Shown: positions 63,522-64,000 of the stretch, piece after piece
Layout of the letters: every line of letters begins with the position of its first letter
Numbering within the stretch: the first letter of the stretch is position 1
Assembly: GCF_964204645.1 (NCBI RefSeq)
Contig: NC_134028.1
Coordinates: forward strand, 11,269,263-11,333,262
Source of the DNA: Tubulanus polymorphus
Lineage: Eukaryota > Animalia > Nemertea
DNA: 64,000 nt
Direction of reading: 5' to 3'
Notes under the pieces: generated by a model
Databases searched by the model: none
Told to the model about the DNA's origin: nothing
The model's input: the letters and a program-made list of their open reading frames with translations, nothing else
Program-made: the position numbers and the translations under genes

Positions 63522-64000
63522 CTGCGAGTGGCCCCCTCGGATGAGAAACGTGCTGCCCGGAAATTCATGTCGTAAAATGACCAGTCCCCCCCTTGGGCGG
63601 CCAAATTTTGGACACTGCGGCCATATTTTAGTAAAGGTATGGCGTCAGCCGGACACCTTCGAAGATGCACCGTACAAAATATTTCATACGCACGCACCCA
63701 TTGTTCGATCGACTTCAAGGCGGCCACCTTGGATGGGGCGATGGACAGGGCAGGCGTTTCCTGACCCATGTTGGGCACCACACTGAACGAATATGTGCTG
63801 CTAGGCTTACGCAGGAGCATTGTGAAATCGACAAACTTCCCTGCCCATATGTTTTCCTTTAATTTTTCAGGAACCAGGGCATCCAGCGGGACAGACGAGG
63901 AGTGGAATCTGTCGAAGATGTTAGGCGGTTGCTCTAAAACCTGCACTGCAGTGCCCCCATTACCTTCATCTGATGGAATTGGCGGCTCGACCACGGTAAC
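63371..64000 (-). CDS. Ngaro/DIRS gag-like ORF1 (runs off the window)
   Basis: KENIWAGKFVDFTMLL, WSFYDMNFR, CFAYNS; overlaps the RT ORF. Confidence 0.75.
   Translation of the reverse strand, partial: VTVVEPPIPSDEGNGGTAVQVLEQPPNIFDRFHSSSVPLDALVPEKLKENIWAGKFVDFTMLLRKPSSTYSFSVVPNMGQETPALSIAPSKVAALKSIEQWVRAYEIFCTVHLRRCPADAIPLLKYGRSVQNLAAQGGDWSFYDMNFRAARFSSEGATRSWDTVDWELWMESKTRRPSNQSFRNSSSQSLTKVCFAYNSFSGFTRKSCI

Overview
AT-rich, repeat-dense eukaryotic DNA, most likely from an invertebrate animal (inference from the TE families, GT-AG introns and a short TTAGGG tract); no host gene is recognisable. 1-13.3 kb: non-autonomous repeats (Helentron/HINE-like units, piggyBac-, Kolobok- and hAT-like MITEs, a foldback). 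13.3-20.2 kb: near full-length RTEX-like LINE whose ORF1 starts with a DnaJ (HPD) domain. 26712-47271: complete but decayed Polinton/Maverick (93-bp TIRs, AGT..ACT ends, 6-bp TSD CACGCG; pPolB, penton, major capsid, integrase, ATPase). Its pPolB carries a LAGLIDADG intein in the catalytic YxD/TD motif, and the intein is split by a 4.9-kb PIF/Harbinger transposon. Three copies of a smaller Polinton-related element (21.3-24.4, 51.2-57.1, 57.1-62.4 kb) carry HNH nuclease, integrase and ATPase genes and hairpin ends homologous to the Polinton TIR, but no visible polymerase or capsid. Most Polinton-type genes start at TAAATG. A second Harbinger and a Ngaro/DIRS retroelement are each cut by these small elements. 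All family calls come from motif recognition by eye, not database searches.
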